Positions 24,284 through 35,362 of a stretch of 55,753 nucleotides of DNA are shown here, piece by piece. A program made the translations under genes and the position numbers. The stretch lies in the NCBI GenBank assembly GCA_014896555.1, contig JADBKC010000001.1, positions 1 to 55,753 of the forward strand. Reading direction: 5' to 3'. The stretch's first letter is position 1. The number at the start of each line of letters is the position of its first letter. The stretch is from Bacillales bacterium (GTDB lineage Bacteria > Bacillota > Bacilli > Bacillales > DSM-4216). The notes under the pieces were generated by a model. The model searched no databases. It worked only from the letters and a program-made list of their open reading frames with translations, and was not told the DNA's origin.

Positions 24284-24928
24284 ATGAGCGCAGTACTAGA
24301 AGTGAAAAGACGGAATGACTTGAGAAAGTCGACATTAAATAAACTTCGGCGTGAAGGAAACATACCAGCCGTTATATATGGAAAAGGCGTAGAAAGTCAA
24401 GCTGTTTATGTAAGCAGAACGGATTTACTAAAAACGATTAAAGAAGTAGGAAGGAATGGCATATTCTCCTTAAATATCGATGGCCGTGAGCAAAGCGCTG
24501 TTTTGCACGATTATCAAGAAGATACGCTTAAAGGCGAAATCATTCATGCAGACTTCTTTGCTGTCGATCCTTCCACGGAAATCTCCGCGGAAGTTGTGGT
24601 GGAATTAAAAGGGGAAGCTCCAGGTGTGAAAGATGGCGGTGTCTTGCAGCAACCATTATTTGAATTGACTGTAAAAGGAAAAGTGACCGACATTCCGGAT
24701 GCCATTCAAGTCGACGTCTCCCAATTGCAAGTCGGCGACACGATTACCGTAGGAGATATAAAAGAAAATTATCCGTTTGAGATCCAACATGGCGATGAAG
24801 AGACAATTGTTTCTATCTTGGCTCCGCGTCAAGAAGAAGAAATCAGCACCGGTGAACAACAAGAGCCTGGCGTCCCTGAAAATGAAGAAGGAAGGGAAAC
24901 ACCGGCAAGCCAAGAAAGCGAAAGTTAA
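24284..24928 (+). CDS. ctc: 50S ribosomal protein L25 / general stress protein Ctc
   Basis: LRREGNIPAVIYG, IIHADF, GVKDGG, acidic tail; ATG 24284 spaced correctly from GGGAGG. Confidence 0.93.
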   Translation: MSAVLEVKRRNDLRKSTLNKLRREGNIPAVIYGKGVESQAVYVSRTDLLKTIKEVGRNGIFSLNIDGREQSAVLHDYQEDTLKGEIIHADFFAVDPSTEISAEVVVELKGEAPGVKDGGVLQQPLFELTVKGKVTDIPDAIQVDVSQLQVGDTITVGDIKENYPFEIQHGDEETIVSILAPRQEEEISTGEQQEPGVPENEEGRETPASQESES

Positions 24929-25237
24929 TAGGATAAGGGCACAGCATCGTAGGCTGTGTCTTTCTTTCATAGTTGCGGCTATGCTATCATCGGAATATAA
25001 CAATATTAGTAAAAATGTTTTACGATATAGGAGCATAGGGTGTTCTATGCTTTTATCCGCTTTTCATTTCAAAAACTTCTGTTTTTTCTGTATAATGAGG
25101 TTCTCCAGATTTAAGGTATAGAGAAAAGAAATTTTTTCAAAAAACATTATTTTTGCATGCAGGGCGGTTGCCTCGCTTTTTTTGTACATACTGCATAATA
25201 TGTTAGAATGTAAAGAAGAAACTTGAGGTGTTTTTTG

Positions 25238-25801
25238 ATGATAAAATTAATAGCGGGGCTTGGAAACCCCGGTGAAAAGTATAGAGGAACAAGACATAAT
25301 ATTGGATTCGACGTGATAGACGAACTTGCACATAGACTGCAATCGCCATTGACAACAGCGAAGCACAAAGGAATTTACACGATTGTGCGGTCAGGCGGGC
25401 ATCAAGTATTGCTGCTCAAACCTCTTACTTATATGAATTTGTCAGGGGAAAGCATTGCCGAAGTCATGCGTTACTACAAGATCGACATTGAGAATTTATT
25501 GGTTGTTTATGATGATTTAGATCTTCCACTTGGAAAAATTCGCTTGCGCCAAAAAGGGAGCGCAGGAGGGCATAATGGCATAAAATCTGTCATACAACAT
25601 ACAGGTACTGAACAATTTAAGAGGATTCGGCTTGGCATTGGACGCCCTGACGGAAATAGAACGGTTATTGATTACGTATTAGGAAAGTTTGACAAAGACC
25701 AGCAGTTAATAATGGAAGAAGCCGTTAAAAAGAGTGCAGATGCTTGTCTATCGTGGCTCGAGAAGCCATTTTCTGAAGTCATGAACCAGTTTAATTCATA
25801 A
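25238..25801 (+). CDS. pth: Peptidyl-tRNA hydrolase (SpoVC)
   Basis: GLGNPG..Y..TRHNIGF, TYMNLSG, YDDLD, GGHNG. Confidence 0.97.
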   Translation: MIKLIAGLGNPGEKYRGTRHNIGFDVIDELAHRLQSPLTTAKHKGIYTIVRSGGHQVLLLKPLTYMNLSGESIAEVMRYYKIDIENLLVVYDDLDLPLGKIRLRQKGSAGGHNGIKSVIQHTGTEQFKRIRLGIGRPDGNRTVIDYVLGKFDKDQQLIMEEAVKKSADACLSWLEKPFSEVMNQFNS

Positions 25802-25806
25802 AGAAT

Positions 25807-25836
25807 GAATATTCTCCTTTCGATGTGTACATACTA
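25807..25836 (+). promoter_or_regulatory. Forespore (sigma-F/G) promoter of fin
   Basis: GAATA-N18-CATACTA. Confidence 0.6.
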
Positions 25837-25867
25837 AGGAAAAGATGTGTACGCAGAGGAGGATGTA

Positions 25868-26098
25868 ATGGCTATTCATTATTATTGCCGGCATTGCGGC
25901 ATAAAACTAGGCAGTTTGGAAAACGATATAATTAGCAGTGAAAAGCTAGGTCTTCATAAACTTGCGGACCATGAACGAAAAGAGATGGTTCAATATGAAA
26001 GCAATGGCGATATCTCGATAAAGTCTATTTGTGAAGATTGCCAGGAATCGCTTGAACGAAATCCGGATTTTCACCAAAATGATTATCTTATACATTGA
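25868..26098 (+). CDS. fin: Anti-sigma-F factor Fin (YabK)
   Basis: MAIHYYCRHCG...ICEDCQESL.RNP; between pth and mfd. Confidence 0.93.
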   Translation: MAIHYYCRHCGIKLGSLENDIISSEKLGLHKLADHERKEMVQYESNGDISIKSICEDCQESLERNPDFHQNDYLIH

Positions 26099-26168
26099 TT
26101 GAACAAGCTTTGGATGCTGTCCAAAGCATTTTTCTGTTTTTTTGTTTGGACGCTAGGAGGGGAGAATA

Positions 26169-29100
26169 ATGTTAAAAAATTTAGAAAATTTACTTCTTGC
26201 AAATGATGAAATTCAATCGATCACTCAAGGTGTGGAAATAGGGCTTCCAGAGCAGCTGATTGCTGGATTATCAGGATCCGCTCGCTCTTTGCTCATCTCT
26301 TCCGTATATCACAAGACGAATCGGCCGACATTGGTTGTTACCCATAACTTGCTGCAGGCACAAAAACTGTATGACGATCTTATTCAAAACATTCCTGAAA
26401 ATGAAGTCTATTTATATGCAGCCAATGAACTGATTGCGGCGGAAATTTCGATTGCGAGTCCGGAGTTGAAAGCTCAAAGAATTGAAATGCTGAACCATTT
26501 AACGACAAGCTCTAAAGGAGTGTATATCGTGCCGGTGGCTGGATTGCGAAAGATCTTGCCTCCAAAAGATATTTGGAAAAAATTTCAAAAAACGTTTGCT
26601 GTCGGGGATGAAGTCGATTTAGATCACTTTTTGCAAGAATTGGTTGTAATGGGTTATGAACGGGCTGATATGGTGAACACACCAGGCGAGTTTAGTTTAC
26701 GGGGAGGCATACTTGATATCTATCCGCTGACGACTTCTGATCCGATCAGAATTGAATTTTTTGATACGGAAATTGATTCTATTCGCACGTTTTCCATTGA
26801 AGATCAACGTTCCATAGAAAATTTAAAGGAAGTCAGCATTGGCCCATTTTCTGAAATGCCGCTTGTTCGGAATCAATTGCCGAGAGTGGGCGAAAAGCTT
26901 CAAGCAGCACTGGCAAGCAGCTTGAAAAAGGTGAAGAAAGAAAAAACAAAAGAACTTCTTACTCAAAATATTGGAAATGATATTGAGAGATTGAAAACAG
27001 GCACCCTTCCAGATCAAATGGCCAAATATATAGCGATTGCTTATGACCATCCCGCTAGTTTAGTAGATTACCTTACGGATAGAGGAATTGTGTTTTTTGA
27101 TGAATTAAGCCGAATTAATGAAATGAATGAATCGTTGGAAAAAGAGGAGGCAGAATGGTACACGTCCCTTATTGAAGAAGGCCAAATGGTACATGACTTG
27201 CAAGTGTCCCATTCAATCATGGACCTCTTGTCATCGATCAAGATGCCTCGGATCTATTTTTCTTTGTTTTTAAGGCATATTCCTTATACCAATCCGCAAA
27301 ATATTGTGAATGTGTCTTGTAAACCAATGCAAAGCTTTCATGGTCAAATGAATGTATTAAAGGCGGAAACGGACCGATGGAAACACGGCAAATATACAGT
27401 TGTCTTTTTGTGTTCAAGCAAGGAACGAATGAAAAAATTCCAAAGCGATTTGGAAGAGTATGAGATGGAAGCTTCTTTTCTAAAGGAAGACGAAGACATA
27501 CTCATCGGCAATGTACAAATTCTATATGGAAATTTGCAAACGGGGTTTGAACTTCCTTCTTTGCGGCTTGCCGTGATTACAGAAGAAGAATTATTTAATA
27601 AAAAGGTAAAACAGTCCAAGAGAAGGCAAAAACTTTCGAATGCCGAGAGAATAAAAAGCTATTCGGAATTAAATGTCGGGGATTATGTGGTCCATGTGAA
27701 TCATGGGATCGGAAAATATTTGGGGATTAAAACATTGGAGATCAACGGAGTCCATAAAGATTATCTCCATATTAAGTATCAGGGAACGGATCAATTATAT
27801 GTACCGATTGATCAAATTGACTTAGTTCAAAAGTATATTGCTTCCGAAGGGAAAGAACCGAAGATTTACAAGCTAGGAGGCAGCGAGTGGAAGCGGGTTA
27901 AAAAGAAAGTACAGTCATCTGTTCAAGATATAGCCGACGATTTGATCAAACTCTATGCCGAAAGAGAAGCATCGAAAGGATACGCATTTTCTCCAGATGG
28001 CGATTTGCAGCGGGAATTTGAGGCCGCTTTTCCTTATCAGGAGACGGAGGATCAATTGCGCTCTATTCAAGAAATTAAACGGGATATGGAAAGAGAACGG
28101 CCGATGGATCGATTGTTGTGCGGAGACGTAGGATATGGAAAAACGGAGGTAGCTCTAAGAGCGGCTTTCAAAGCAATTATGGACGGAAAACAGGTGGCTA
28201 TGCTTGTTCCCACCACGATATTAGCGCAGCAGCATTATGAAACGATGAAAGAGCGCTTTCAAGGATATCCGATCAATATTGGAATGTTAAGCCGTTTTCG
28301 AACACGAAAACAAATCCAAGAAACTATTAAAGGAATTAAAAATGGAACGATTGATATTGTTGTCGGCACGCATCGGCTCTTGTCTAAGGATGTTCAATAC
28401 CACGATCTAGGCTTGCTGATTGTCGATGAAGAACAACGTTTCGGAGTGACGCATAAAGAGCGGATCAAGCAGTTAAAAACGAATGTGGATGTATTAACGC
28501 TCACGGCCACGCCGATTCCTAGAACTTTGCATATGTCGATGCTAGGCGTAAGGGATTTATCGATTATTGAGACCCCTCCTGAAAACCGGTTCCCTGTTCA
28601 AACGTATGTGATGGAATATAACGGAACGGTTGTCAGAGAAGCGATTGAAAGAGAATTGGCGCGGGACGGTCAAGTTTTTTACCTTTATAACCGAGTAGAA
28701 GATATTGAGCGGAAAGCGGAGGAAATTTCTTTACTTGTGCCGGATGCGCGCGTTACGTATGCCCATGGGCAAATGAGCGAGTCAGAACTGGAAGATGTCA
28801 TTTTGAGCTTTTTAGAAGGCGAATACGATGTGTTAGTGACAACGACCATTATTGAGACGGGAGTCGATATCCCGAATGTCAATACACTGATTGTATATGA
28901 TGCCGACCGGATGGGTTTATCGCAGCTATACCAATTAAGAGGACGAGTGGGGCGAACCAACCGAATTGCTTATGCTTATTTTATGTATCGAAAAGATAAA
29001 GTTCTTTCTGAAACAGCAGAAAAGCGTCTGCAATCAATCAAAGAGTTTACGGAATTGGGATCGGGATTTAAAATCGCGATGCGCGATTTGTCGATTCGGG

Positions 29101-29696
29101 GAGCCGGAAATTTATTAGGCCCTCAGCAACATGGATTCATTGATTCAGTGGGATTTGATCTATATTCGCAAATGTTGAAAGAAGCGATTGAAGAAAGAAA
29201 AGGAATCACGGTGGAAGAAAAACCGCCAGTGTTTGAAGTGGAACTGGATATCGATGCTTATATTCCGGATTCTTATATTCCAGACGGACAGCAAAAAATT
29301 GAAATGTACAAACGGTTTCGCGCACTTGAAACGTTAGAAGAAGTAGCTGAATTGCAAGAGGAAATGGTCGATCGTTTTGGTGAATATCCAAAAGAAGTAG
29401 AGTATTTATACCGAGTTGCAGAAATGAAAATCTTTGCGAAAGAGGTTTATTTGGAATCCATTAAGCAGACAAAAAATGAAGTGACGATTCTAGTCAGTGA
29501 AAAAGGGACACCGCTTTTAGACGGGTCAAAAGTAGTAGAATTATGCCAAACATACGGTCGGATGATGGGATATGGAATGGACGGGTATAAATTAAAAATT
29601 ACGATGAATATTAAAAATGTTCCTGTAGAAAAATGGTTTTCTATTGCTTGCGACATTATTCAAAATTTAAAAGAAGCAAAAAAGAAAGCCTCTTAA
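26169..29696 (+). CDS. mfd: Transcription-repair coupling factor
   Basis: UvrB-like N-terminus, RID (VHVNHGIG), GDVGYGKT, DEEQRFG, QLRGRVGR, TRG motif. Confidence 0.98.
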   Translation: MLKNLENLLLANDEIQSITQGVEIGLPEQLIAGLSGSARSLLISSVYHKTNRPTLVVTHNLLQAQKLYDDLIQNIPENEVYLYAANELIAAEISIASPELKAQRIEMLNHLTTSSKGVYIVPVAGLRKILPPKDIWKKFQKTFAVGDEVDLDHFLQELVVMGYERADMVNTPGEFSLRGGILDIYPLTTSDPIRIEFFDTEIDSIRTFSIEDQRSIENLKEVSIGPFSEMPLVRNQLPRVGEKLQAALASSLKKVKKEKTKELLTQNIGNDIERLKTGTLPDQMAKYIAIAYDHPASLVDYLTDRGIVFFDELSRINEMNESLEKEEAEWYTSLIEEGQMVHDLQVSHSIMDLLSSIKMPRIYFSLFLRHIPYTNPQNIVNVSCKPMQSFHGQMNVLKAETDRWKHGKYTVVFLCSSKERMKKFQSDLEEYEMEASFLKEDEDILIGNVQILYGNLQTGFELPSLRLAVITEEELFNKKVKQSKRRQKLSNAERIKSYSELNVGDYVVHVNHGIGKYLGIKTLEINGVHKDYLHIKYQGTDQLYVPIDQIDLVQKYIASEGKEPKIYKLGGSEWKRVKKKVQSSVQDIADDLIKLYAEREASKGYAFSPDGDLQREFEAAFPYQETEDQLRSIQEIKRDMERERPMDRLLCGDVGYGKTEVALRAAFKAIMDGKQVAMLVPTTILAQQHYETMKERFQGYPINIGMLSRFRTRKQIQETIKGIKNGTIDIVVGTHRLLSKDVQYHDLGLLIVDEEQRFGVTHKERIKQLKTNVDVLTLTATPIPRTLHMSMLGVRDLSIIETPPENRFPVQTYVMEYNGTVVREAIERELARDGQVFYLYNRVEDIERKAEEISLLVPDARVTYAHGQMSESELEDVILSFLEGEYDVLVTTTIIETGVDIPNVNTLIVYDADRMGLSQLYQLRGRVGRTNRIAYAYFMYRKDKVLSETAEKRLQSIKEFTELGSGFKIAMRDLSIRGAGNLLGPQQHGFIDSVGFDLYSQMLKEAIEERKGITVEEKPPVFEVELDIDAYIPDSYIPDGQQKIEMYKRFRALETLEEVAELQEEMVDRFGEYPKEVEYLYRVAEMKIFAKEVYLESIKQTKNEVTILVSEKGTPLLDGSKVVELCQTYGRMMGYGMDGYKLKITMNIKNVPVEKWFSIACDIIQNLKEAKKKAS

Positions 29697-30011
29697 ATAA
29701 GTCGGACCCCTCAAGGCGTGCGTTGGTATGCCAGCCGGTGAAGTGAATGCTGTTTTTTGATCCATTCCTCTTGTGAAAAATAAGAAAAAGAAAAACACGT
29801 CTTGTATGGATGAAAATATGGAAAGAGTACGAACAATAAAACGGAAAATAATGCCTCGGTAGAAATATATTGTCTCAATAGAAAATTCTCACTGAAAGTG
29901 AATAGAACTTCTGAATTGTTAGATACTAACATCAACAAAAGAATGAATGTAAAACAGGCAAGGAAATATGGGATTGCCAAAAAATCATCTGATGAAAGCG
30001 AGGCAGCAAAG

Positions 30012-30548
30012 ATGAAAGCAACAGGTATTGTTCGTCGTATTGATGATTTAGGACGTGTAGTCATTCCAAAAGAAATTCGCAGAACTCTTAGAATTCGGGA
30101 AGGAGACCCGCTTGAAATTTTTGTGGATCGGGATGGCGAAGTCATATTAAAAAAATATTCCCCCATCAGTGAATTGGGCGATTTTGCTAAAGAATACGGA
30201 GAAGCATTATATGATAGCCTAGGATGTTCGATCCTCATTTGCGATAGAGACGCAGTAATTGCTGTGGCAGGAGTTTCGAAAAAAGAATATCTAAATAAAA
30301 ATATCAGTGATTTGATTGAAAATGCAATGGAGGAACGACAGACCATGATTCAAACAAACCAAAGTGAGGTTTCTTTTGTTGAGGGGCATGAGGAAACGGT
30401 TCAATCATACACCATTGCCCCTATTATCGCAAATGGCGATCCAATTGGAACCGTTATTGTTTTTTCCGCTGATCGAACGATAGGGGAAGTGGAGAAAAAA
30501 GCGGCGGAAACTGCCTCAGGATTTCTTGCGCGGCAAATGGAACAATAA
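30012..30548 (+). CDS. spoVT: Stage V sporulation regulator SpoVT
   Basis: MKATGIVRRIDDLGRVVIPKEIRRT, 178 aa with GAF C-terminus; sigma-G-like GAATA-N17-GATACTA at 29900-29928. Confidence 0.97.
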   Translation: MKATGIVRRIDDLGRVVIPKEIRRTLRIREGDPLEIFVDRDGEVILKKYSPISELGDFAKEYGEALYDSLGCSILICDRDAVIAVAGVSKKEYLNKNISDLIENAMEERQTMIQTNQSEVSFVEGHEETVQSYTIAPIIANGDPIGTVIVFSADRTIGEVEKKAAETASGFLARQMEQ

Positions 30549-30555
30549 GAACGGG

Positions 30556-30585
30556 AAGAGCAGCTTGAGAAAGCTGTTCTTTTTT
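30556..30585 (+). terminator. spoVT terminator
   Basis: AAGAGCAGCTT-GAGA-AAGCTGTTCTTTTTT. Confidence 0.75.
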
Positions 30586-30773
30586 CATAAGCAGGAGAAA
30601 CATATGGATTTGCAGGGGTCTGTCATGGTATACATCGTGGGATATGGATAGTCCTTTTGCTTTGGGCGCTTTCCGCCTTCCTAGGATGAGGAGAATTAGT
30701 GTATTCTCGAAACCTCTCATTTTGGTATAATAATTCGAATCATGCTTATTATATTGAAGGAAGGCGGCGTTCT

Positions 30774-32369
30774 TTGTCAAATCAATCATCGCAGATGTTT
30801 ATGAAAGGAGCGCTAACGCTGACCATTGCAGCACTTGCTGTCAAAGTACTTAGTGCAGTTTATAGAATTCCTTTTCAAAACATTGTTGGGGATGTAGGTT
30901 TTTACATATATCAACAAGTATATCCGATTTATGGAATTGCTGTTGCATTTTCAACTTATGGTTTTCCTGTGGCCGTTTCCAAATTGATAGCGCAAGGAGA
31001 AGAAAGGGATAGGAGCAGAATAGTAACCGCTTCTTTTGTATTTTTATCGCTAGTAGGAGTGCTATTGTTTTTAGCACTTTATTTTCAAGCAAAAACGATC
31101 GCAGCGGTAATGGGCGATCTGAAATTAGCAAGGCTCATTCGAATCATTTCACTATCTTTTTTAATAATGCCGTTTTTATCGGTTGCAAGAGGACTTTTTC
31201 AAGGAAAAGGCGATATGGTGCCGACTGCCGTTTCCCAAGTGACTGAGCAGTTTATAAGAGTCGGGGCGATATTAGGATTTTCCTATTGGTTTGTCCATTT
31301 GGGAAGTAATTTGTATACGGTCGGCGGCTCTGCCCTCATTGGATCGATTATGGGCGGATTGGCGTCTTCTATTGTGTTAATTTTTTTCTTAAAGCATCGG
31401 AGAGAGTCCATTTTTCATGTTCAACGCTTTTCTTTTGGTGCAATAGAAAGAAGATTGATCCAAACTTTGGCGCTGGAAGGCGCTGCGATTTGCTTATCTA
31501 GCATGATGCTTGTTCTATTTCAATTTGTAGATGCTTTAAGTTTATATTCGTCGCTAGTTGATTCAGGAATATCGAAATCAGCTGCAAAAGTGGCGAAAGG
31601 AATCTATGATCGAGGACAGCCGCTTTTGCAATTGGGAACTGTGGTCGCCACCTCCTTTTCGTTAACGCTTGTGCCGCTTATTAGCGCCAGCTATCAAGAA
31701 AGCGATTATGAGTCTGTTCACAAGAGCATTCGCATTGCCGTAAAAATTAGCTTTGTCATAGGTCTTGCTGCCATGACAGGGTTGTTAAATATTCTTGTTC
31801 CAACCAATATTATGCTTTTTGAGAATGAATCTGGGTCCAACATTTTGGCTTTCTTTAGCGCTGGAATTTTGCTTAGCTCGATGGCGCTTACCTTTTCAGG
31901 TATTTTGCAGGGGGTGGGATCGCCCTATTTTCCTGCTATCGTTCTTTTCGTAGGTCTTGCTGCCAAATATGTCGGGAACTTATATTTTGTCCATTTGTTT
32001 GGAGCAGTGGGAGCAGCTTTTTCCACGGTTCTTTCATTGCTGTTGATATCCTTGATTTTGTTTTTGAAAATCAAAACGTTTATGCGCATTCAAGTACTGA
32101 CATGGTCATTCGTTGGTCCAAGCCTGCTAGCGGCGGCAGCTATGACTGCTATACTACAAGTATGGTCATTCCTTTTCCGATACTTAGATTTTTCTAGCAC
32201 GCGACTGCATGCGGCGCTGGAAGCAGTTGGCGGTGTTTTTCTGGGCGGCACTGTTTTTCTAGTTTTTATCTTAAAAATGAAGATATTCTCCAAAGAAGAA
32301 TGGGCTTTGTTTCCGTTTGGCGGGAAATTGGTTCAAATAAGTGAAAAACTGAATGGGAGAAATGGATAA
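30774..32369 (+). CDS. yabM: SpoVB/MurJ-family (MOP) flippase YabM
   Basis: KVLSAVYRIPFQNIVGDVGFYIYQQVYP, KGIYDRGQPL, many TM segments; TTG start inferred. Confidence 0.88.
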   Translation: MSNQSSQMFMKGALTLTIAALAVKVLSAVYRIPFQNIVGDVGFYIYQQVYPIYGIAVAFSTYGFPVAVSKLIAQGEERDRSRIVTASFVFLSLVGVLLFLALYFQAKTIAAVMGDLKLARLIRIISLSFLIMPFLSVARGLFQGKGDMVPTAVSQVTEQFIRVGAILGFSYWFVHLGSNLYTVGGSALIGSIMGGLASSIVLIFFLKHRRESIFHVQRFSFGAIERRLIQTLALEGAAICLSSMMLVLFQFVDALSLYSSLVDSGISKSAAKVAKGIYDRGQPLLQLGTVVATSFSLTLVPLISASYQESDYESVHKSIRIAVKISFVIGLAAMTGLLNILVPTNIMLFENESGSNILAFFSAGILLSSMALTFSGILQGVGSPYFPAIVLFVGLAAKYVGNLYFVHLFGAVGAAFSTVLSLLLISLILFLKIKTFMRIQVLTWSFVGPSLLAAAAMTAILQVWSFLFRYLDFSSTRLHAALEAVGGVFLGGTVFLVFILKMKIFSKEEWALFPFGGKLVQISEKLNGRNG

Positions 32370-33835
32370 TGGCTTATAAAATTACGATTGTTGGATTGGG
32401 AGCGGGTGATTTAAATCAGCTTCCATTAGGAGTCTATAAACAGTTGAAAAAAGAGTCTTCCATTTATTTGAGGACAAAGGAGCATCCTGTTGTCAAACAG
32501 TTGGAGGAAGAAGGTGTTTCGTTTATCAGTTTTGATTCTGTTTACGAACGACATGACCAATTTGAACAAGTATATGAGGAAATAGTCGAGCGTCTGTTGA
32601 ACAAAGCAAAAGAAGAAGACATTCTATACGCTGTTCCTGGGCATCCCCTTGTGGCTGAAAAAACAGTCCAGCTTTTGCTTGAAAAGGAAAAAGAGGCGGA
32701 TGTGGATGTGGTGATCGGCGGCGGGCAAAGCTTTTTGGATTCGTTGTTTGCTGCTCTGAAAATCAACCCTGTAGAAGGCTTTCAATTTTTGGACGGGACA
32801 GATCTGAGTAGAGATGATATACATGTCCGCGGGCATGTCATCATCGGGCAGGTGTACGATTCTTTCGTAGCGTCTGATGTGAAGCTGACACTAATGGAAA
32901 AATACCCGGACGACTATCCGATTTATATCGTTCAGGCTGCGGGATCAGACGGGGAAAAACTGTTGAAAGTGCCCCTTTATCAATTGGATCATGAAATTTC
33001 TTCCGTTAATAACTTAACCTCCATCTATGTTCCGCCGGTGAAAGATGACTTTGTTTTCCGCGAATTTTCCTCATTGAGGGAAATCATTCGCATATTGCGG
33101 GGACCAAATGGCTGTCCTTGGGATAAAAAGCAGACACATCAGTCGTTAAAAAAATACTTAATAGAAGAATGTTATGAACTTTTATCCGCTATCGACCATG
33201 ATGATATTGACAATATGATTGAAGAGTTGGGAGATGTTCTTCTTCAAGTGATGCTCCATTCCCAAATCGGCGAGGACGAAGGTTTGTTTTCGATAGAAGA
33301 TGTGATGGAATCCTTATCGCGAAAAATGGTGCATCGTCATCCACACGTCTTCGGAGATGAAACCGCTAAAACAGCGGAAGAGGTTGTGAAAAATTGGGAA
33401 GCCATTAAACAGAAGGAGAAAGGCACTAGCGCTAAAGGCGGCAGTATTTTAGATGAAGTCGAAAAAGGACTTCCGGCTGTCATTAGAGCGTACGAAATTC
33501 AGAAGAAAGCGGCAAAAACAGGCTTTGATTGGAAGAAAGCAGATGAAGCAGCTCAAAAAGTGGAAGAAGAGTGGCGGGAATTTTTAGACGAAGTCAAAAG
33601 CGGTGACAAAAAGAAACAGATGGATGAATGGGGTGATGTGTTATTTGCATTAATCAATACAGCACGCTTTTTCTCTATTCATCCTGAAGAGGCCCTTGCA
33701 AAAGCAAATGACAAATTTATTCGGCGGTTTTCTTATGTGGAACAGAAAGTGAAAGAAAGCGGTCAATCTTTCCAAGATTTCTCTTTAACGGAACTTGATC
33801 GTTTTTGGAATGAAGCAAAAGAAAAAGGACTTTGA
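32369..33835 (+). CDS. yabN: Tetrapyrrole methylase-MazG fusion protein YabN
   Basis: IVGLGAG...YAVPGHP N-domain; CPWD.KQTH, EELGD.LLQ, RHPHVFG MazG domain. Confidence 0.93.
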   Translation: MAYKITIVGLGAGDLNQLPLGVYKQLKKESSIYLRTKEHPVVKQLEEEGVSFISFDSVYERHDQFEQVYEEIVERLLNKAKEEDILYAVPGHPLVAEKTVQLLLEKEKEADVDVVIGGGQSFLDSLFAALKINPVEGFQFLDGTDLSRDDIHVRGHVIIGQVYDSFVASDVKLTLMEKYPDDYPIYIVQAAGSDGEKLLKVPLYQLDHEISSVNNLTSIYVPPVKDDFVFREFSSLREIIRILRGPNGCPWDKKQTHQSLKKYLIEECYELLSAIDHDDIDNMIEELGDVLLQVMLHSQIGEDEGLFSIEDVMESLSRKMVHRHPHVFGDETAKTAEEVVKNWEAIKQKEKGTSAKGGSILDEVEKGLPAVIRAYEIQKKAAKTGFDWKKADEAAQKVEEEWREFLDEVKSGDKKKQMDEWGDVLFALINTARFFSIHPEEALAKANDKFIRRFSYVEQKVKESGQSFQDFSLTELDRFWNEAKEKGL

Positions 33836-33902
33836 AAATAGCAAATCTTTTATAACAAACCATCTAAATGGGAAAAACACTCTTTAAAAAGGGGGAGAAG
33901 CA

Positions 33903-34172
33903 ATGGAAACGATGCGGTTGGATAAATTTTTAAAGGTGTCGCGCATTATTAAAAGAAGAACGTTAGCAAAAGAAGTGGCGGATCAAGGCAGGGTCTTCGT
34001 AAATGGACAGCAAGCAAAAGCGAGTACGAATGTAAAAACAGGAGATGAATTGACCATCCGTCTTGGACAAAAAATCATAAAGGTTCGTGTTGAAAGCCTT
34101 CGGGAATCTACAAGGAAAGAAGACGCAGCAAATCTGTATACTATATTGTCCGAAGAAAAAATAGAAGGATAA
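33903..34172 (+). CDS. yabO: S4-domain RNA-binding protein YabO (RqcP/Hsp15-like)
   Basis: [22 protein letters not shown]. Confidence 0.95.
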   Translation: METMRLDKFLKVSRIIKRRTLAKEVADQGRVFVNGQQAKASTNVKTGDELTIRLGQKIIKVRVESLRESTRKEDAANLYTILSEEKIEG

Positions 34173-34228
34173 ACTGGGGAAAAGAGATTCTCTTTTCTCT
34201 TTTTTGATTTCACATAAAAAATAGGCTT

Positions 34229-34259
34229 GTTCTATCTCTTCCTGCGCGTGCATAAGTAT
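34229..34259 (+). promoter_or_regulatory. sigma-E promoter of yabPQ
   Basis: GTTCTAT-N15-CATAAGTAT. Confidence 0.55.
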
Positions 34260-34414
34260 GTTACAAAGAATGTACATTTTTCAAGGATTCCGTTTAAATG
34301 TCGGTTCTCTTTTTTTTCTCAGTTGGTTCAGCTTATGCTTAAAAACGAATGGTCAAGACCTAGATGACGGAAAGAGCCTTTGAAAAAGCAATGAAAGGAA
34401 GCGGGGGAGAAAAT

Positions 34415-34714
34415 ATGGCGCAGTATCAAGAGGCTAAAAATAATGGATCTTTTCAAGAACATGATGTCATTATGAGGGGCAGAAAACTGCTTGATATCAC
34501 AGGTGTAAAGCAAGTAGAAAGTTTTGATAACGAGGAATTTTTGCTTGAAACGGTGATGGGTTTTTTATCCATTCGGGGTGAAAATCTTCAGATGAAAAAT
34601 TTAGATGTCGATCAAGGCATTGTATCGATCAAAGGGAGGGTGTATGACCTTGTTTATTTGGATGATCAGCACGGGGAGAAAGCTAAAGGGTTCTTTAGCA
34701 AGTTGTTTCGATGA
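34415..34714 (+). CDS. yabP: Sporulation protein YabP
   Basis: ITGVKQVESFDNEEFLLET.MG; KGFFSKLF C-terminus. Confidence 0.95.
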   Translation: MAQYQEAKNNGSFQEHDVIMRGRKLLDITGVKQVESFDNEEFLLETVMGFLSIRGENLQMKNLDVDQGIVSIKGRVYDLVYLDDQHGEKAKGFFSKLFR

Positions 34715-35340
34715 GCTTGACAACCCAGTTTTATACTATGCTTGCCATGATCGCAATGGGAAGCTTTTTTGGTGCATCGTTTGATACGTACAACCGATTT
34801 TTAAAAAGAAGCATGCGGAAAAGATGGATCGTCTTTCTCCACGATGTGCTTTTTTGGGTCGTGGAAGGGCTTCTTATATTTTACATTTTGTTTCTTGTAA
34901 ATTACGGGGAAATTCGTTTTTATATTTTTCTTGCTTTATTATGCGGTTTTGCTGCTTATCAGGCGCTTTTGAAAAGAGGATATTTAGTCATATTGGAAAG
35001 CGCCATATCATTTGCAGCTGCTGTTTACAAATTTATGTTAAAAACTCTTTACAATTTCATTTATATTCCAGTAAAGTATATTTTTTTGTTCACGCAAACT
35101 GCTATAATAATAATGGGAAAATCAATGTTCATGTTAACACTCACCATATGGAAAGTGCTGTTTTGGTTTTTAAAAGGCGCTGCATTACCGTTTCAATGGA
35201 TTCTTAATGGATTTTGGAAGTTATTGCCGAAATCGTTTAAAATATTCGTCGATAAGTTCTTCACACGCTTAAAAGGATCTTTTGGAAAAATAAAGAATAC
35301 TATTACTAAACTGTTTACCGGGATACGTAAAAGGAAGTAA
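34711..35340 (+). CDS. yabQ: Spore cortex protein YabQ
   Basis: MSLTTQFYTMLAM, D.LFW, VNYGEIRFY; membrane protein following yabP. Confidence 0.93.
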   Translation: MSLTTQFYTMLAMIAMGSFFGASFDTYNRFLKRSMRKRWIVFLHDVLFWVVEGLLIFYILFLVNYGEIRFYIFLALLCGFAAYQALLKRGYLVILESAISFAAAVYKFMLKTLYNFIYIPVKYIFLFTQTAIIIMGKSMFMLTLTIWKVLFWFLKGAALPFQWILNGFWKLLPKSFKIFVDKFFTRLKGSFGKIKNTITKLFTGIRKRK

Positions 35341-35362
35341 ATAATGGAAAGGTAGGTTTGAA

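Noticed and set aside
29711-30346. 211-aa minus-strand ORF, and other antisense or overlapping ORFs such as 44093-44617, 51476-51973, 22247-22714 and 2256-2555
   Set aside because: Shadow frames of well-conserved genes with no motifs or credible RBS
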